Part shown: positions 25,951-38,550 of the stretch, in pieces
Position numbering within the stretch: position 1 is the first letter of the stretch
How the letters are laid out: every line of letters starts with the position of its first letter
NCBI RefSeq assembly: GCF_001194135.2
Contig: NC_069004.1
Coordinates: forward strand, 19,268,105-19,332,104
DNA from: Octopus bimaculoides
Lineage: Eukaryota
Direction of reading: 5' to 3'
DNA length: 64,000 bases
Notes under the pieces: model-generated
Told to the model about the DNA's origin: nothing
What the model saw: only the letters and a program-made list of their open reading frames with translations
Database searches by the model: none
Made by a program: the position numbers and the translations under genes

Positions 25951-27009
25951 GGAAAGGAAGGATTCTGTCAGCTCACCGCCTCAGTAGTAATCATCATCGT
26001 TTAACGTCCGCTTTCCATGCTAGCATGGGTTGGACGATTTGACTGAGGACTGGTGAAACCGGATGGCAACACCAGGCTCCAGTCTAATTTGGCAGAGTTT
26101 CTACAGCTGGATGCCCTTCCTAACGCCAACCACTCAGAGAGTGNNNNNNNNNNNNNNNNNNNNNNNNNNNNNNNNNNNNNNNNNNNNNNNNNNNNNNNNN
26201 NNNNNNNNNNNNNNNNNNNNNNNNNNNNNNNNNNNNNNNNNNNNNNNNNNNNNNNNNNNNNNNNNNNNNNNNNNNNNNNNNNNNNNNNNNNNNNNNNNNN
26301 NNNNNNNNNNNNNNNNNNNNNNNNNNNNNNNNNNNNNNNNNNNNNNNNNNNNNNNNNNNNNNNNNNNNNNNNNNNNNNNNNNNNNNNNNNNNNNNNNNNN
26401 NNNNNNNNNNNNNNNNNNNNNNNNNNNNNNNNNNNNNNNNNNNNNNNNNNNNNNNNNNNNNNNNNNNNNNNNNNNNNNNNNNNNNNNNNNNNNNNNNNNN
26501 NNNNNNNNNNNNNNNNNNNNNNNNNNNNNNNNNNNNNNNNNNNNNNNNNNNNNNNNNNNNNNNNNNNNNNNNNNNNNNNNNNNNNNNNNNNNNNNNNNNN
26601 NNNNNNNNNNNNNNNNNNNNNNNNNNNNNNNNNNNNNNNNNNNNNNNNNNNNNNNNNNNNNNNNNNNNNNNNNNNNNNNNNNNNNNNNNNNNNNNNNNNN
26701 NNNNNNNNNNNNNNNNNNNNNNNNNNNNNNNNNNNNNNNNNNNNNNNNNNNNNNNNNNNNNNNNNNNNNNNNNNNNNNNNNNNNNNNNNNNNNNNNNNNN
26801 NNNNNNNNNNNNNNNNNNNNNNNNNNNNNNNNNNNNNNNNNNNNNNNNNNNNNNNNNNNNNNNNNNNNNNNNNNNNNNNNNNNNNNNNNNNNNNNNNNNN
26901 NNNNNNNNNNNNNNNNNNNNNNGAGATAGAAGTTGTTTCCTGTTTGTTTACAGTCTTTATTGCACCTGAACATCTGCCACAAACAAAAACTAACTTGCTA
27001 GTTAACCTG

Positions 27010-28019
27010 CCTTTAACAATCCTTTCTACTAAAAGCCCAAGTCCTGATAGTTTGAGGAAGGTGGCTAGTCGATTACATCAACCTCAGTGTTTCCCTGGTA
27101 CTTATTTTATCAACCCTGAAAGGATGAAAGGCAAAGTCAACCTCGGTGAAATTTGAACTCAGAACATAGACACAGAAGAAATCCCTCTAAAAATTTATAA
27201 TATGTTTCCTCTTGGTGTAAATGATGGGCTATAGCAAACAATTTGCTCAATACCACAGATTTACTTGTCAGTTATTTCACCTTAAACAGCTGAGCATGTT
27301 TCTTAGTGGCTAACAATACGTGCATCTCTGATCACAAGCAGGAGTAGTGAGTTGGGGGCATTATAGCCATGTGTTGATAGGGATTGGGGCTTGAATAATT
27401 CACCTCTGGAAACATGGGTGTATTATTCATCAACCTTAAACAACTCTTATTCAGGGACCTTTTGAATGGGATAGGCTACTCAACCTGAAGAAAATTCTAA
27501 CTGGGCCCCACCTGCAAAGTCGTGCACTGTTTATCTCAATATGTGATCACTATGTTGCATGCATTTATGGTTGTGATGCATGTACTTGATGTACCCTTAA
27601 TCAGACAGGTAGTCATGATGGGTATATTAGGCTTCTTATGTTCATATCTCAGTGTCACTTTGATGGAATGCACTGCTCTCTCACTCAATAACCCTTTCTA
27701 CAAATTGGTGGAATTTGAACTTAGAATATAAGGGGAGATGAAATGCTGTTCAGCATTTTGCCTTCTGTGCTACCAATTCTGCCAGCTTGCTGCCTTAATA
27801 ATAATCCTTTCTACTATAGGCACAAGAGCTGAAATTTAGTGGGAGGGAACTAATCGATTACATCGACCCCCAGTATTTCACTGGTACTTAATTTATCAAC
27901 CCCCAAAAGGATGAAAGACAAAGCTGACCTTGACGCAATTTGAACTCAGCACATAAGGGCAGATGAAATGCCACTAAGCATTTTGCCTTCTGTGCTAATG
28001 ATTCTGCCAGCTCGCTGCT

Positions 28020-28057
<38 letters not shown>

Positions 28058-29000
28058 CAACAGCAAAAATAATAATGGAAATAATACTAAAAACATCATG
28101 GTGACAACAATTAAAAAAACAAGACTCATTGAAAGCAAATACAAACAGCTACAACAGCCACAACAATCTTATAAGCAGTGTGATTAACAATATCAGTTAA
28201 TTAAAATATTTCTCCAAATAAAACTGACAGTCACACATTGTCATTATACTATTTTATAAATAGAATACTGTAAATACTAGTATAGAATTCCATACTAACA
28301 GTATAGTAAATTTTGGTGATAACTAAAAGATAGTGGTTTCCTAAGTAAGCTAGGAGAAACACCAGATTTCTATAAAAAAAATTCTGGAGTTCTGCAAGAC
28401 AAAGTGCCTTTTATTAAAATTTAATCACCATTTTCAAAATAAGTAATAATGGTTTTAAATTCTGGCACAAGGCCAGCAATTTTGGGGGTGGGGTTAAGTC
28501 AATTACATCAACCACAGTGTTCATCTGATACTTATTTTATCAAGCTCAAAAGGATGAATGGCAAAGTCGACATTGGTGAAATTTTCTCAAAATAATAATA
28601 ATAATCCTTTCTGCTATAGGCACAAGACCTGAAATTTGGGAGGAGAGGGACTAATTGATTACATTGACCCCAGTGTTTCACTGGTACTTTTTTTATTGAC
28701 CTCAAAAGGATGAAAGACAAAGTCGACCCCAGCAGAATTTGAACTCAGAACATATAGATAGACAAAATTCTGTGAAACATTTTGCCCAGCATGCTAATGA
28801 TTCTGCCAGCACTATAGGCACAACGCCTGAAATCTGGGGGAGGGGAACTAGTGGATTACTTGAGAACCAGTATTTCACTGGTACTTAATTTATCAACCCT
28901 GAAAGGATGAAAGCCAAAGCCAACCTCAGTGGAATTTGAACTCAGAATGTAAAGACATGAAATACTCCTAAACATTCTGTCTGGTACACTAACAATTCTG
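27010..29000 (-). mobile_element. Second SINE cluster of the same family, with another repeat at about 27360-27660
   Basis: At least five copies of the same core in the same orientation. Confidence 0.75.
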
Positions 29001-29575
29001 CCAGTTACCCACTTTAATAATAATAATGACATATATACATAAGTTCTATATCTGAAACAGTTTTGTTACATTTACTGTCTTATCAAAATTTGGGGTGGGA
29101 GGCAGTCCATAAAATTTATGGTGTGGCTTCTGCAATTTCTGGAAAATCATGTAAAATTTTCCTCAATGAAATAACTCAGTTAACCATTGTTCTATTACTC
29201 TCTATCCATCTTCACCCACTGTTCTTGAGAGGGTAGAGTCTTCAGGCACTTCCTCCACAGGATCCTATCAGGAGTAACCATCATTACACTCTCTGGCTGG
29301 AATCCCAAAGATGACCAACTGTGACTATGGACGTTAACCAGCCATTTCAATCTTGGTCTACCCTTAGGTCTCCTGCTGGTTAGCTAAGTTTGAAGAATCC
29401 GTTTTGGCAATTCTTTCCTGTGACATTCTAATCACATATCTGTAGTGCTAGAGATGTGACTGTTCAATACAGAGAAGCCACTATTTTACACACATTTTTC
29501 AATAAAACATATAAATATATAATTTTCTAGTTTTCCTTTCTTTGTGTGGAGTTTATTTTGTAAACTGAAACTGAC

Positions 29576-29704
29576 CTGTCGAAACGTATCTTGATGTTCA
29601 ACTTGATGTCGTGTCCCATAATACTGTTCAACAAAACTGAAATATTCCTTCCGCTTACGTTCTAAAGTGGGCTGTCTCCGATCATAGCTTGCAGGAAGAT
29701 AACC
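29576..29704 (-). CDS. TBC1D22: TBC1D22 exon 6 (GYLPASYDRRQPTLERKRKEYFSFVEQYYGTRHQVEHQDTFRQ)
   Basis: ttcttcttcag acceptor, cag|gtcagt donor, 129 nt, phase 0-0. Confidence 0.96.
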
Positions 29705-29902
29705 CTGAAGAAGAAAAAAAGAAAATATTGCATATAGGATCAAGAAGGGCAGTTTGTATGTGCCTATACAGGACATAATGTCACCATTACTGAGGTGGTA
29801 TCAGGGCAAAAAACACACATATCCATCCACACACACACACGCGAGCTTCTTTACAGTTTTCATCTACCACATTTCACTTACAAGTTATTGGACAACCTGA
29901 AA

Positions 29903-30335
29903 CAGTGTTTCCCAACCTATTTTCCCTGAGGGCCCACTATAACTTTCCAGAAAAATGTATGCCCCCACAAAAAAAAAAAAATACATTATTGACTAAGAAA
30001 AAATAAGTGAATCACTTTTATGAGAACCTTGTGCCTGGTGATTATGGCAGATTTCCTTGATTCAATTTTGTTCACTTCAGCCATAAATCACCACATTTTG
30101 TAATTTCAAGTCTGCTTCTCTTGGCTTGAAGCAAATCGTCAACAGTATCAAAGTCACACTGAACTAAATAAGAGTTGGGGAAATTAATCAAAAGTTCCTT
30201 TGCTGAAATGGCAGTGTTCAGGTAATTCTTTTTAACTTCATCACATAGCCACATTTTGGAACTGTTCACAGATTCTTTTGTATCAGATAATGGATCCCAG
30301 GCCCCACCAGTGGGGTGTATGCCTCACGCTGGGAA
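29903..30335 (-). mobile_element. hAT (Charlie-like) deletion derivative with transposase C-terminal remnant
   Basis: cagtgtttcccaacc terminus; ORF 30072..30269 LLINFPNSYL...KRSRLEITKCGDLWLK resembles the hAT dimerisation domain. Bases 1-60 of the window match 30065-30120. Confidence 0.7.
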
Positions 30336-30484
30336 TTAATGATATAATAGAATACACTACTTGTTGATGGTGCCATGCAGTAGAAACAAAGCTGAAACTA
30401 TGTGGTTGGTTGTGAAGTGAACCTCTTAACTATGCAGTACCTAGAAAAATTCATAATTAATTTTATAATTTCTCTCTTTATATA

Positions 30485-30519
<35 letters not shown>

Positions 30520-30716
30520 TCATCATCGTTTAACGTCCGCTTTCCGTGCTAGCATGGGTTGAATGATTTGACTGAGGACCGGTGAACTAGATGGCTACAC
30601 CAGGCTCCAATCTGATTTGGGAGAGTTTCTACAGCTGGATGCCCTTCCTAATGCCAACCACTCCGAGAGTGGAGTGGGTGCTTTTACGTGCCACAGGCAC
30701 AAAGGCCAGTCATATA

Positions 30717-30769
<53 letters not shown>

Positions 30770-30790
30770 AGCATATAGAATATAAAAGCA

Positions 30791-30991
30791 AGTCGGGAGG
30801 TATGAGATGAATATATTTATTTCAGCAGTTGATATCCATAGGATGACAACTGTTTCACAGCCAACATCATGCAAAAATAATTTATTTTAGTAGATAAATT
30901 ATTTTGCATGAATGCATTAGTATGCAAAACAGCCATCATCCTCTAGGTATCAACTGGTGAAACAAATATGTCTATCTCATACCTCCTGACT
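30791..30991. repeat. 200-bp foldback element
   Basis: Outer arms of about 57 bp (agtcgggaggtatgagat... / ...atctcatacctcctgact) and an inner catgcaaaaataatttat / ataaattattttgcatg hairpin. Confidence 0.8.
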
Positions 30992-32422
30992 TTTTTTGTA
31001 ATCTGACTAGATTTACTGGATTTCAACTGTATAGGGTTTACTACGTGGTATGTAGCCAAGTCCACTAAAGGAGCTTTTTTGTGAGGACCACTGAATTATA
31101 TAAATCCATATGTTATACATTAAATTTATATATAAGATAAGTACCTTTACAAATTTATAATTTTCTATAGATTTAACTTCAGTTTTAGGGCTTATATTTA
31201 CAGTATTTACATCTACATTATGTTTCAATTGATTTCATGTCTGATCAAACATCAAATGTCTTATTTGTGGATGTGTTACATATTTTCAGCTAAGTTTTGA
31301 ATTAGGAGCATTCATTTCTAAAGTGAAACTTCGCCCAAACTACTCTATACTGAAGTTAATAACTTCCTTGTCCACTAGAAGTATAAAGAAGACAGTTAGA
31401 AATTGGACAATTTCTGATGAAATTGAGAGAAACAGTGTAGACATAAATATTGTAAATATGCACTCTAATTTGGAAAATTATCTTATTAACAACAACTCTT
31501 CTTAAATATTAATCTTTTACTTGTTTCAGTCATTTGACTGCGGCCATGCTGGAGCACCACCTTTACTTGAGCAAATCAACCCCAGGACTTATTCTTTGTA
31601 AGCCTAGTACTTATTCTATCGGTCTCTTTTGCCGAACTGCTAAGTTACGGGGACATAAACACACCAGCATCGGTTGTCAAGCGATGTTGGGGGACAAACA
31701 GACACACAAACACACACACACATATATATACATATATATATACAACGGGCTTCTTTCAGTTTCCATCTACCAAATCCACTCACAAGGCTTTGGTCGGCCC
31801 GAGGCTATAGTAGAAGATACTTGCCCAAGGTGCCNNNNNNNNNNTTTTTATTTCAACTTTAGTTGAGGATGGTTTCAACATTGAGAATTCAATTGTTTAA
31901 TCAACTTAATTCTGCTCCTGAACTAACATAAGAGACTGGGTATTCTACAGACACATGTACCCTTAACACTTATGCATTTAATCCATCTATATCTAGCCCA
32001 AATATTTTATCTGTTTTATGTTAAAACTGACCAGATCCACCTCTAAGACAGTTGGGAAGCAAGCCACACATCATCATCACCATCATTTAGCATCTGCTTT
32101 TCATGCTGGCATGGGTAAGACAGTTTGACTGAAACTGGTAAGCTGAAGAGAGCTGCACCAGGCTCCTGTCTGTTTCGGCTTGATTTCTATGGCTGGATGC
32201 CCTTCCTAATGCCAGCCACTCCACAGAGTGTATCAAGTGTTTCTTTTTATGTGTCACCAGCATGGGTACCTTTCATGTGTCACTGGCACTGACCCTGACT
32301 ATAATTTCACTTCGCTTGATGTCTCTTCTCAAGCAGAGCAACTCACCAAAAGTCTCAGTCACCTGTCATCACCTCGTATTAATAATGCTTTATAAAGAAA
32401 AAGAATGAAAAGTTTCACTTAC

Positions 32423-32493
32423 AGATAAAATTTTCCATGCTGTGGGTCTCACTGATTTTGGGATGCCAGACCAACTGAGTTTACGTAATTCTT
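32423..32493 (-). CDS. TBC1D22: TBC1D22 exon 5 (EELRKLSWSGIPKSVRPTAWKILS)
   Basis: ttttgttattcag acceptor, tct|gtaagt donor, 71 nt, phase 1-0; start of the TBC domain. Confidence 0.96.
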
Positions 32494-32892
32494 CTGAATA
32501 ACAAAAGAAAAATATATATGTACAGTCAAAATCATAGTGATTTATATCATAGGCACAAAGTCGAGATATATACACACACACAGAAAGTATACCACTCATC
32601 TTAGTCATTTCATATCCATTTTCCATACAGGTACTGGGTTGGATGGGTTGCCAAGCTTGGAAATGGCACTTATTCAGGAGGTGGTGGTCACCAGATGGGC
32701 AGGAGGACCACATCTTAGTCGTATTTCATTTCTGGCTTGGATTCTATGTTTGGCTTCCTGTCACAAACCGCTTTACAAAACACTGATTACATTAATAGTT
32801 GTGTATTTTAGAAGAGCACTTTTCAATAAGGTGGAAATTTGGTAGATAGAAACTTTTTAAAATGCTCATGTGTGGGTGTGTGTGTGTGTGGG

Positions 32893-32927
<35 letters not shown>

Positions 32928-33046
32928 CTATATAAATAAGGATAAGATCTTTATTCTAAATAGCAATCACATCAAGTGGCAGCATGGAAAGAAAAAATTG
33001 TATAGGTTATAATAATTATTAAAATTATAAATAATTAATATATATA

Positions 33047-33745
33047 CAGGGCTTGGACAAAATAATGGAAACACCTTAAAATTTCAAACAAATTTATTTT
33101 AATATGGGGTAGGACTGCCTTTGGCAGTAATTACAGCTTGAATTCTATGAGATATGGACTCATACAAAGTTTGAATTGTTTCCAAAGGAATTTTTGTCCA
33201 CTCTTCAGCTAAAACAGTCTCCAGTTCTTGTAGTTATGATGGTGGAGGATATAGACTCCTTACTTGTTTTTCTAAAATGTACCATAAATGTTCAATAATC
33301 TTGAGATCTGGGGAATGTGGTGGCCAGATAAGATGTTCAACTTCACTAGAATGTTCCTCGTGCCATTCAGTAATAACTTTAGCTGTGTGAATTGATGCAT
33401 TATCATCCTGAAAGATTGTGTTTCCTTCTAGAAACAGTTTCCCAACCATAGGATGTATTTGATCAGATACAATGCTTAAATAGTCCTGACTATTAATTCT
33501 GCCATGAAGGGAAACCATTGGGCCAGCGGATTTCCAAGATATAGCCTCCCAGATCATCACAGATCCTCCTCCATGTTTAACAGTTGGAAGAAGGCAGTCT
33601 GGGTCAAATGCTTCTTTTGGCTGTCTCCACATGTATACTCGGCCGGTGGTCAGAAATATGGTAAACCTTCTTCCACTGCTCTAGGGACCAATTTTATTAA
33701 ATCTTCACAACTGTCCAACAAATGGAAATGTGAAACTGAGTAACA
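33047..33745 (-). mobile_element. Tc1-like transposon, truncated
   Basis: TA-cagggcttggacaaaataatggaaacacc TIR; ORF 33234..33632 has KHGGGSVMIW, FQDDNASIH and WPPHSPDLKIIEHLW (DDE). Confidence 0.9.
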
Positions 33746-34384
33746 ATTTGTGAAGATTTTTTTCTGCTTTAATAAAAAGCATATTACTCTACCTTTGGTA
33801 TCTGAGTACTATTTTTCCCACCTTGTTTTGCATTTATGTGCTTACGCGTGTGCGCGCGTGTGTGCGCGCGCGCGCGTGTGCGTGTGCGTGTGTGTCACCA
33901 TTTCAACAACCACTTTTCCATACTTACAAGGAGCAAATGGGATTTGTTGAAGCAGATTTTTCTATAGTGAGATGCCTTCCCTGTTGCCAACCCTTATCTG
34001 TTGATATAATATTTCCCCCATGGCTGGACATATTTCCATGGAATACTGGGAGCGGAGGATACTGCTTCTAAGATAGTGAAGCTTTTTTAAAACTATCAAG
34101 CAACATCAAAACAAGTACACACACATCTATGTATGTACACACACAGTTTCTGTCTACCAAATCTGTTCACAAGGCTTTGGTCAACCTATGTCTATAACAG
34201 AAGGCACTTGCCCAAGGTAATCAAAGATACTGTATCTGAAAAGATACTGGATAATATAATCATAGACATACACAATGACTCAAAGGACTCACTGGTTAAT
34301 GTAATCATAGTATACACACTGTCTGAAAAAGACACTTGTTAATGTAATCATAGATATACACTGTATCTCAAAAGAAAGACCAGA

Positions 34385-34613
34385 GGCGAGCTGGCAAAAA
34401 CGTTAGCATGCCGGGCAAAATGCTTAGCGGTATTTCGTCTGCCGTTACGTTCTGAGTTCAAATTCCGCTGAGGTCGACTTAGCCTTTCATCCTTTTGGGG
34501 TCGATTAAATTAGTACCAGTTACACACTGGGGTCGTGTAACCGACTTAATCCATTTGTCTGTTCTTGTTTGTCCCCTCTATGTTTAGCCCCTTGTGGGTA
34601 ATAAAGAAATAAG
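34385..34613 (+). mobile_element. Young full-length tRNA-derived SINE
   Basis: ggcgagctggc...gttagcatgccggg (A box), gagttcaaattcc (B box), gcctttcatccttttggggtcgattaaattagtacc core, aataaagaaataag tail. Confidence 0.85.
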
Positions 34614-34773
34614 AAAGACCAGATTGTGATGAGTAGAACATTTTTTATCATAGACAGATCTGCCCTATCAGGGATAACCTGGGGTTAACATCAAACTACA
34701 GAAAAACAAAACAAAATAATAAAAATAGCAATAATAATATTAAACTGAATATTAATTTCAGAATCATTCTCAC

Positions 34774-34965
34774 CTAAATCTGCATTTGATGATGTTAGTA
34801 AAGTGTGAAATTTTTCTAGTTTAGCAGATTCCCGATCTGGTACTGATGGCTGACCAAATCGCAAAGGCGTAATTCTAGGAGGCTGCCAGTGACTGTTGAG
34901 ACGCACACCTACACCCGGTCCAGCACCTAAAGAAATAGCTGACGGAATTGCAGTCATGTGACATC
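34774..34965 (-). CDS. TBC1D22: TBC1D22 exon 4 (GCHMTAIPSAISLGAGPGVGVRLNSHWQPPRITPLRFGQPSVPDRESAKLEKFHTLLTSSNADL)
   Basis: tttctttcccacag acceptor, ttag|gtgaga donor, 192 nt, phase 1-1; the RExxKLEKF motif matches the family. Confidence 0.92.
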
Positions 34966-35224
34966 CTGTGGGAAAGAAAAGAAGAAGAAAAATCAAATGA
35001 AAGAAAGAAACAAAATTATTTAAGCAACATAGAGAAATCCAAACAAAAACCAAAGATAAAGACACGAGTTCATTCCCAGCCTGAGCTGATCAAGTTAACA
35101 AACGAAAACATTTTCTATCAGCAGTTGTTGTGGTAGCAGCAGCAGCAGCAATGTAAAATGGGCAAAAGTATTTTGATAAGTTTCGGTGCTGAGTTCAGTT
35201 CCAACTGAGTGTGTTGTTTTTAGC

Positions 35225-35430
35225 CTGTGGTAACTGTTGAATGCAAAGCTGATTGCAGTACGTGTTGACTGCAAAGCTGACAGTGGTACCCATTGACTGC
35301 AATGTCGACTGTGGTACTTGTTAACCGCAAAACTGACTGCAGTACCTGTTACTGGTGGTATCTGTTGAGTGTGGTACCTGTCGACTGCAATGTTGACTAT
35401 GGTACCTGTTGACAGCAAAATTGACTGTCC
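35225..35430. repeat. Degenerate tandem repeat with a unit of about 28 bp (tgactgcaaagctgactgcagtacctgt)
   Basis: About 7 recurring gactgc / ggtacctgt units. Confidence 0.6.
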
Positions 35431-35760
35431 AGCTTCTTTACCAGGCCAATTTGTTTCAGATGATCTAATACAGTCGGAATCAAAACATCAAACCTTGCAG
35501 CTAACTCACGTGTAGTTTGAGATGTATCCGCTTTCACTCCAGTTTCAATTTCATCATTATCCACCTTGGTCTCAGGTCTACCACGGGGCTGATTTTCAAG
35601 AGTAAAGTCACCAGACCGGAACTTCTCAAACAATCGACGTACAATGCACTCATTCGCCACATCTTCACCAAACACCTCATTGATGTTTCAAGCTGTTTAA
35701 GATGCATTGGTTCCACGATGGAACTCATATTCATAAACAATTTGAATTTTTTATCCATCC
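35420..35760 (-). mobile_element. Mariner transposase N-terminal (HTH) fragment
   Basis: FGEDVANECIVRRLFEKFRSGDFTLENQPRGRPETKVDNDE...TTRELAARFDV...LKQIGLVKKLD. Confidence 0.85.
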
Positions 35761-36155
35761 ATGGGTTCACAAAATTTGATTTACAAGAGAAAACTCACAA
35801 TATAATCAGACACCATGAATTGCATTTCGAAAAAACTTGGTGCATAAGAAAATTGGACATTTCATTCTTAATATACATACGCGCAAGCTTTTTTTGGTTT
35901 CCATCTACCAAATCCACTCATGGATTTCATCAGCCTAGGGCTATAGTAGAAAATACAGTAGGACTGAAGCTGGAACCATGTTGTTGGGAAGTAAACTTCT
36001 CAAACACGCAGCCATGTTTGCACGCATGCATATGTGTGTGTATGTGTGTGCGTGTGTGTGTAATCAAAGGTACAAAGACAAAGAGTAGCATAATCCAAGG
36101 GTAATCCAGTGTAAGGAGATCCAAGAATCAGGTCCCCCAAATCATCATATACATA

Positions 36156-37355
36156 TCAGGTCATTCCATAAGTTCTGTCCGAATTTTGAATAAAGAAAAC
36201 AAGTGATCAAATGTTATATTTAATTGAAATTTAATCATCAATGTACTTTCCCTGATTATCTATGACTTCTTTCCATCTATTTACAAGCTTTTTAATCCCA
36301 TCAATGTAAAATTCTTTTGGTTTCAAAACGAAGAACTCTGAAATGTCAGTTTCGACCTCCTCCTAGCTTGCGAAAGTTATGTCCCCCAAATGATTCTGTA
36401 AACTACGAAACAAATGGTAGTCTGAAGGGGCAAGGTCGGGAGAATAAGATGGGTGAGGAATTTTTNNNNNNNNNNGTCTTATTTTTCTTCAAAGCTTGGT
36501 TCAAACGCTCTAATTGCTGACAGTAGACTTGAGCATTGATTGTTGCATTAGGTGGTAAGAATTCAAAGTGAATTACTCCTTTGCAATCTCACCAGATTGA
36601 GAGAAGAACCTTTTTCCCATGAAGTTCCCTTCTCGGTTGTGGTTGAGCTTTTTCCCTTTTACCAAGCCACTGTTTATGACATTTAACATTTCGATAGAAG
36701 ATCCATTTTTCATCACAAGTCACAAGTCTATCCAAAAAGGGTGAAATGAGTTCGCGAGAATGGAGAGAAGAGCAGATGTCGACTCGCAATTTGCAGCTGC
36801 TTTCAGACAGTTCATAAGGCACCCATTTTCCAATTTTAGGAATCTTTCCAAGTTGTGGAAGATAATGATGAACAGTTGTATGGTTTGAACTAAGCTTTAT
36901 TGCCAATTCTTTAACTGATAATGCAAGATTTTCTTCAATTAATGCCTCAAGGAGCTTATCATCAAACTCAACTGGACATCCTGTTCGATCTTCATCTTCA
37001 AGGCTGAAATCTCCACTTCTAAAATTTTACAAACCATCTCCTGCAAGTTCTTTCATTCAAGCATTCTTTCCCATAAGCTGAGTGTATATTTCGAGACACT
37101 TTGGCTGCAGAGTTTCCTTTTTTGTACTCATAAAGCATTATGTGCCTCAAATGCTTTTTGGATACTTCCATGTTAGAAAGGATTTTAATCAAAGAAATTT
37201 TAATTCTACTATTCTGTAAAATAATATTCAATTAGTTCAAATGTACACAAATGCATAAAAATAATTTTTAATTCCATTAGACATTCTAAAATACTATTAA
37301 ATTTCATTCAATTTTAAAAAAGGTAAAATCAGACAGAACTTATGGGATGACCTGA
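36156..37355 (-). mobile_element. Full-length mariner element with decayed transposase
   Basis: TIRs tcaggtcattccataagttctgtc / gacagaacttatgggatgacctga with TA at 36154-55 and 37356-57. ORF pieces: HIMLYEYKKG, WVPYEL, LVTCDEKWIFY, HPSYSPDLAPSDYHLF, GIKKLVNRWKEVIDNQGKY. Confidence 0.92.
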
Positions 37356-37478
37356 TACATACATATAATTGATCTATTAATAAAATTAGTCTAAAACTAT
37401 AAGTCCAATAATAAAAATAATAAAATATGTTTAAAAATAAAATTGGTCTGAAAGCAAAAATTGTGCAAAAGCACCAAC

Positions 37479-37723
37479 CTGATGGGGATTTAACTGGAGA
37501 TCCCTGTGAGGTACCATTAAGGGCTTGAAACTGTTTACTGTGATTGTCAAGTACAGCACGTGCAGTCGACTGGACATCCTTTAAGGACATTTGAACAGTG
37601 GCCATCAATATTAGATCATCATCGCCATCATCCCAAGCATCTGATGTCTCATTTTCAAAGTCCTGGAAGGCGTCCTTTGACTTGTTTTTTAGCTTGTCAT
37701 CTTTCTTTGGTGTTCCTGGGTTA
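37479..37723 (-). CDS. TBC1D22: TBC1D22 exon 3 (NPGTPKKDDKLKNKSKDAFQDFENETSDAWDDGDDDLILMATVQMSLKDVQSTARAVLDNHSKQFQALNGTSQGSPVKSPS)
   Basis: tttcctaatttag acceptor, tcag|gttggt donor, 245 nt, phase 2-1; TSDAWD and VLxNHSK motifs. Confidence 0.93.
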
Positions 37724-38065
37724 CTAAATTAGGAAAACAAGAGGGGCAAAATATAAAAAATATCAACAAGAAGTAGGTATGCATGCATGCATGGACAGAT
37801 GGATAGATAAATAGTGTGTGTGTGTGTTTCTAAAAAAAACAAGGTTTCTGAAAAAATAAAAATGACAAAAAAATTAAATAGTGTTATATATGATTACCAC
37901 TGATTAGAAATTTTATGAAATTTTTAATAAGCAAACTAAAAAAACAACTAAGAAAAATGGAATGTTTATATTCTATGCATCTTTTTTTACTTAATTTCAA
38001 ATCCAAATCCCACCTATCATGAAGAAATTATTATCTCCCTTGTAATAACAATCAGCTCAGTGACA

Positions 38066-38067
<2 letters not shown>

Positions 38068-38148
<81 letters not shown>
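38068..38148. repeat. (CA)n microsatellite
   Basis: Pure CA run. Confidence 0.95.
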
Positions 38149-38151
<3 letters not shown>

Positions 38152-38550
38152 TAGTGAGAGAGAGAGAAAGAGAAAGGAATATAAATACTAAAGAGAAAAC
38201 AACTTAGGACAAACAATAATATTGGAAAAGGTTAGGACAGCAAAGGTTAGGACAGAATCATTAGCAAGCTGGGCAAAATTCTTTGTGACATTTTGTCTGT
38301 CTATGTGTGCTTTTAGGATCAATAAAATAAGTACCAGCTGAGCACTGGAGTTGATCTAATCGACTTAGCTCCTTCCCCAAAATTGCTGGCCTTGTGCCTA
38401 AATTTGAAACCAATATTGGAAAAGGTTGTAAACATATAGAAAATAAAATAAGTAAAGTTAGAGTAATTTTAAAGTATATTGCAGAAATTATTGTTTCATG
38501 TATATGTGTATAGAGGCATGCATTAGATGTGTAGTTATATGGATATATGT

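Noticed and set aside
34385-34470. tRNA-like A/B boxes in many places
   Set aside because: They are SINE heads with no complete cloverleaf or anticodon arm, so not tRNA genes.
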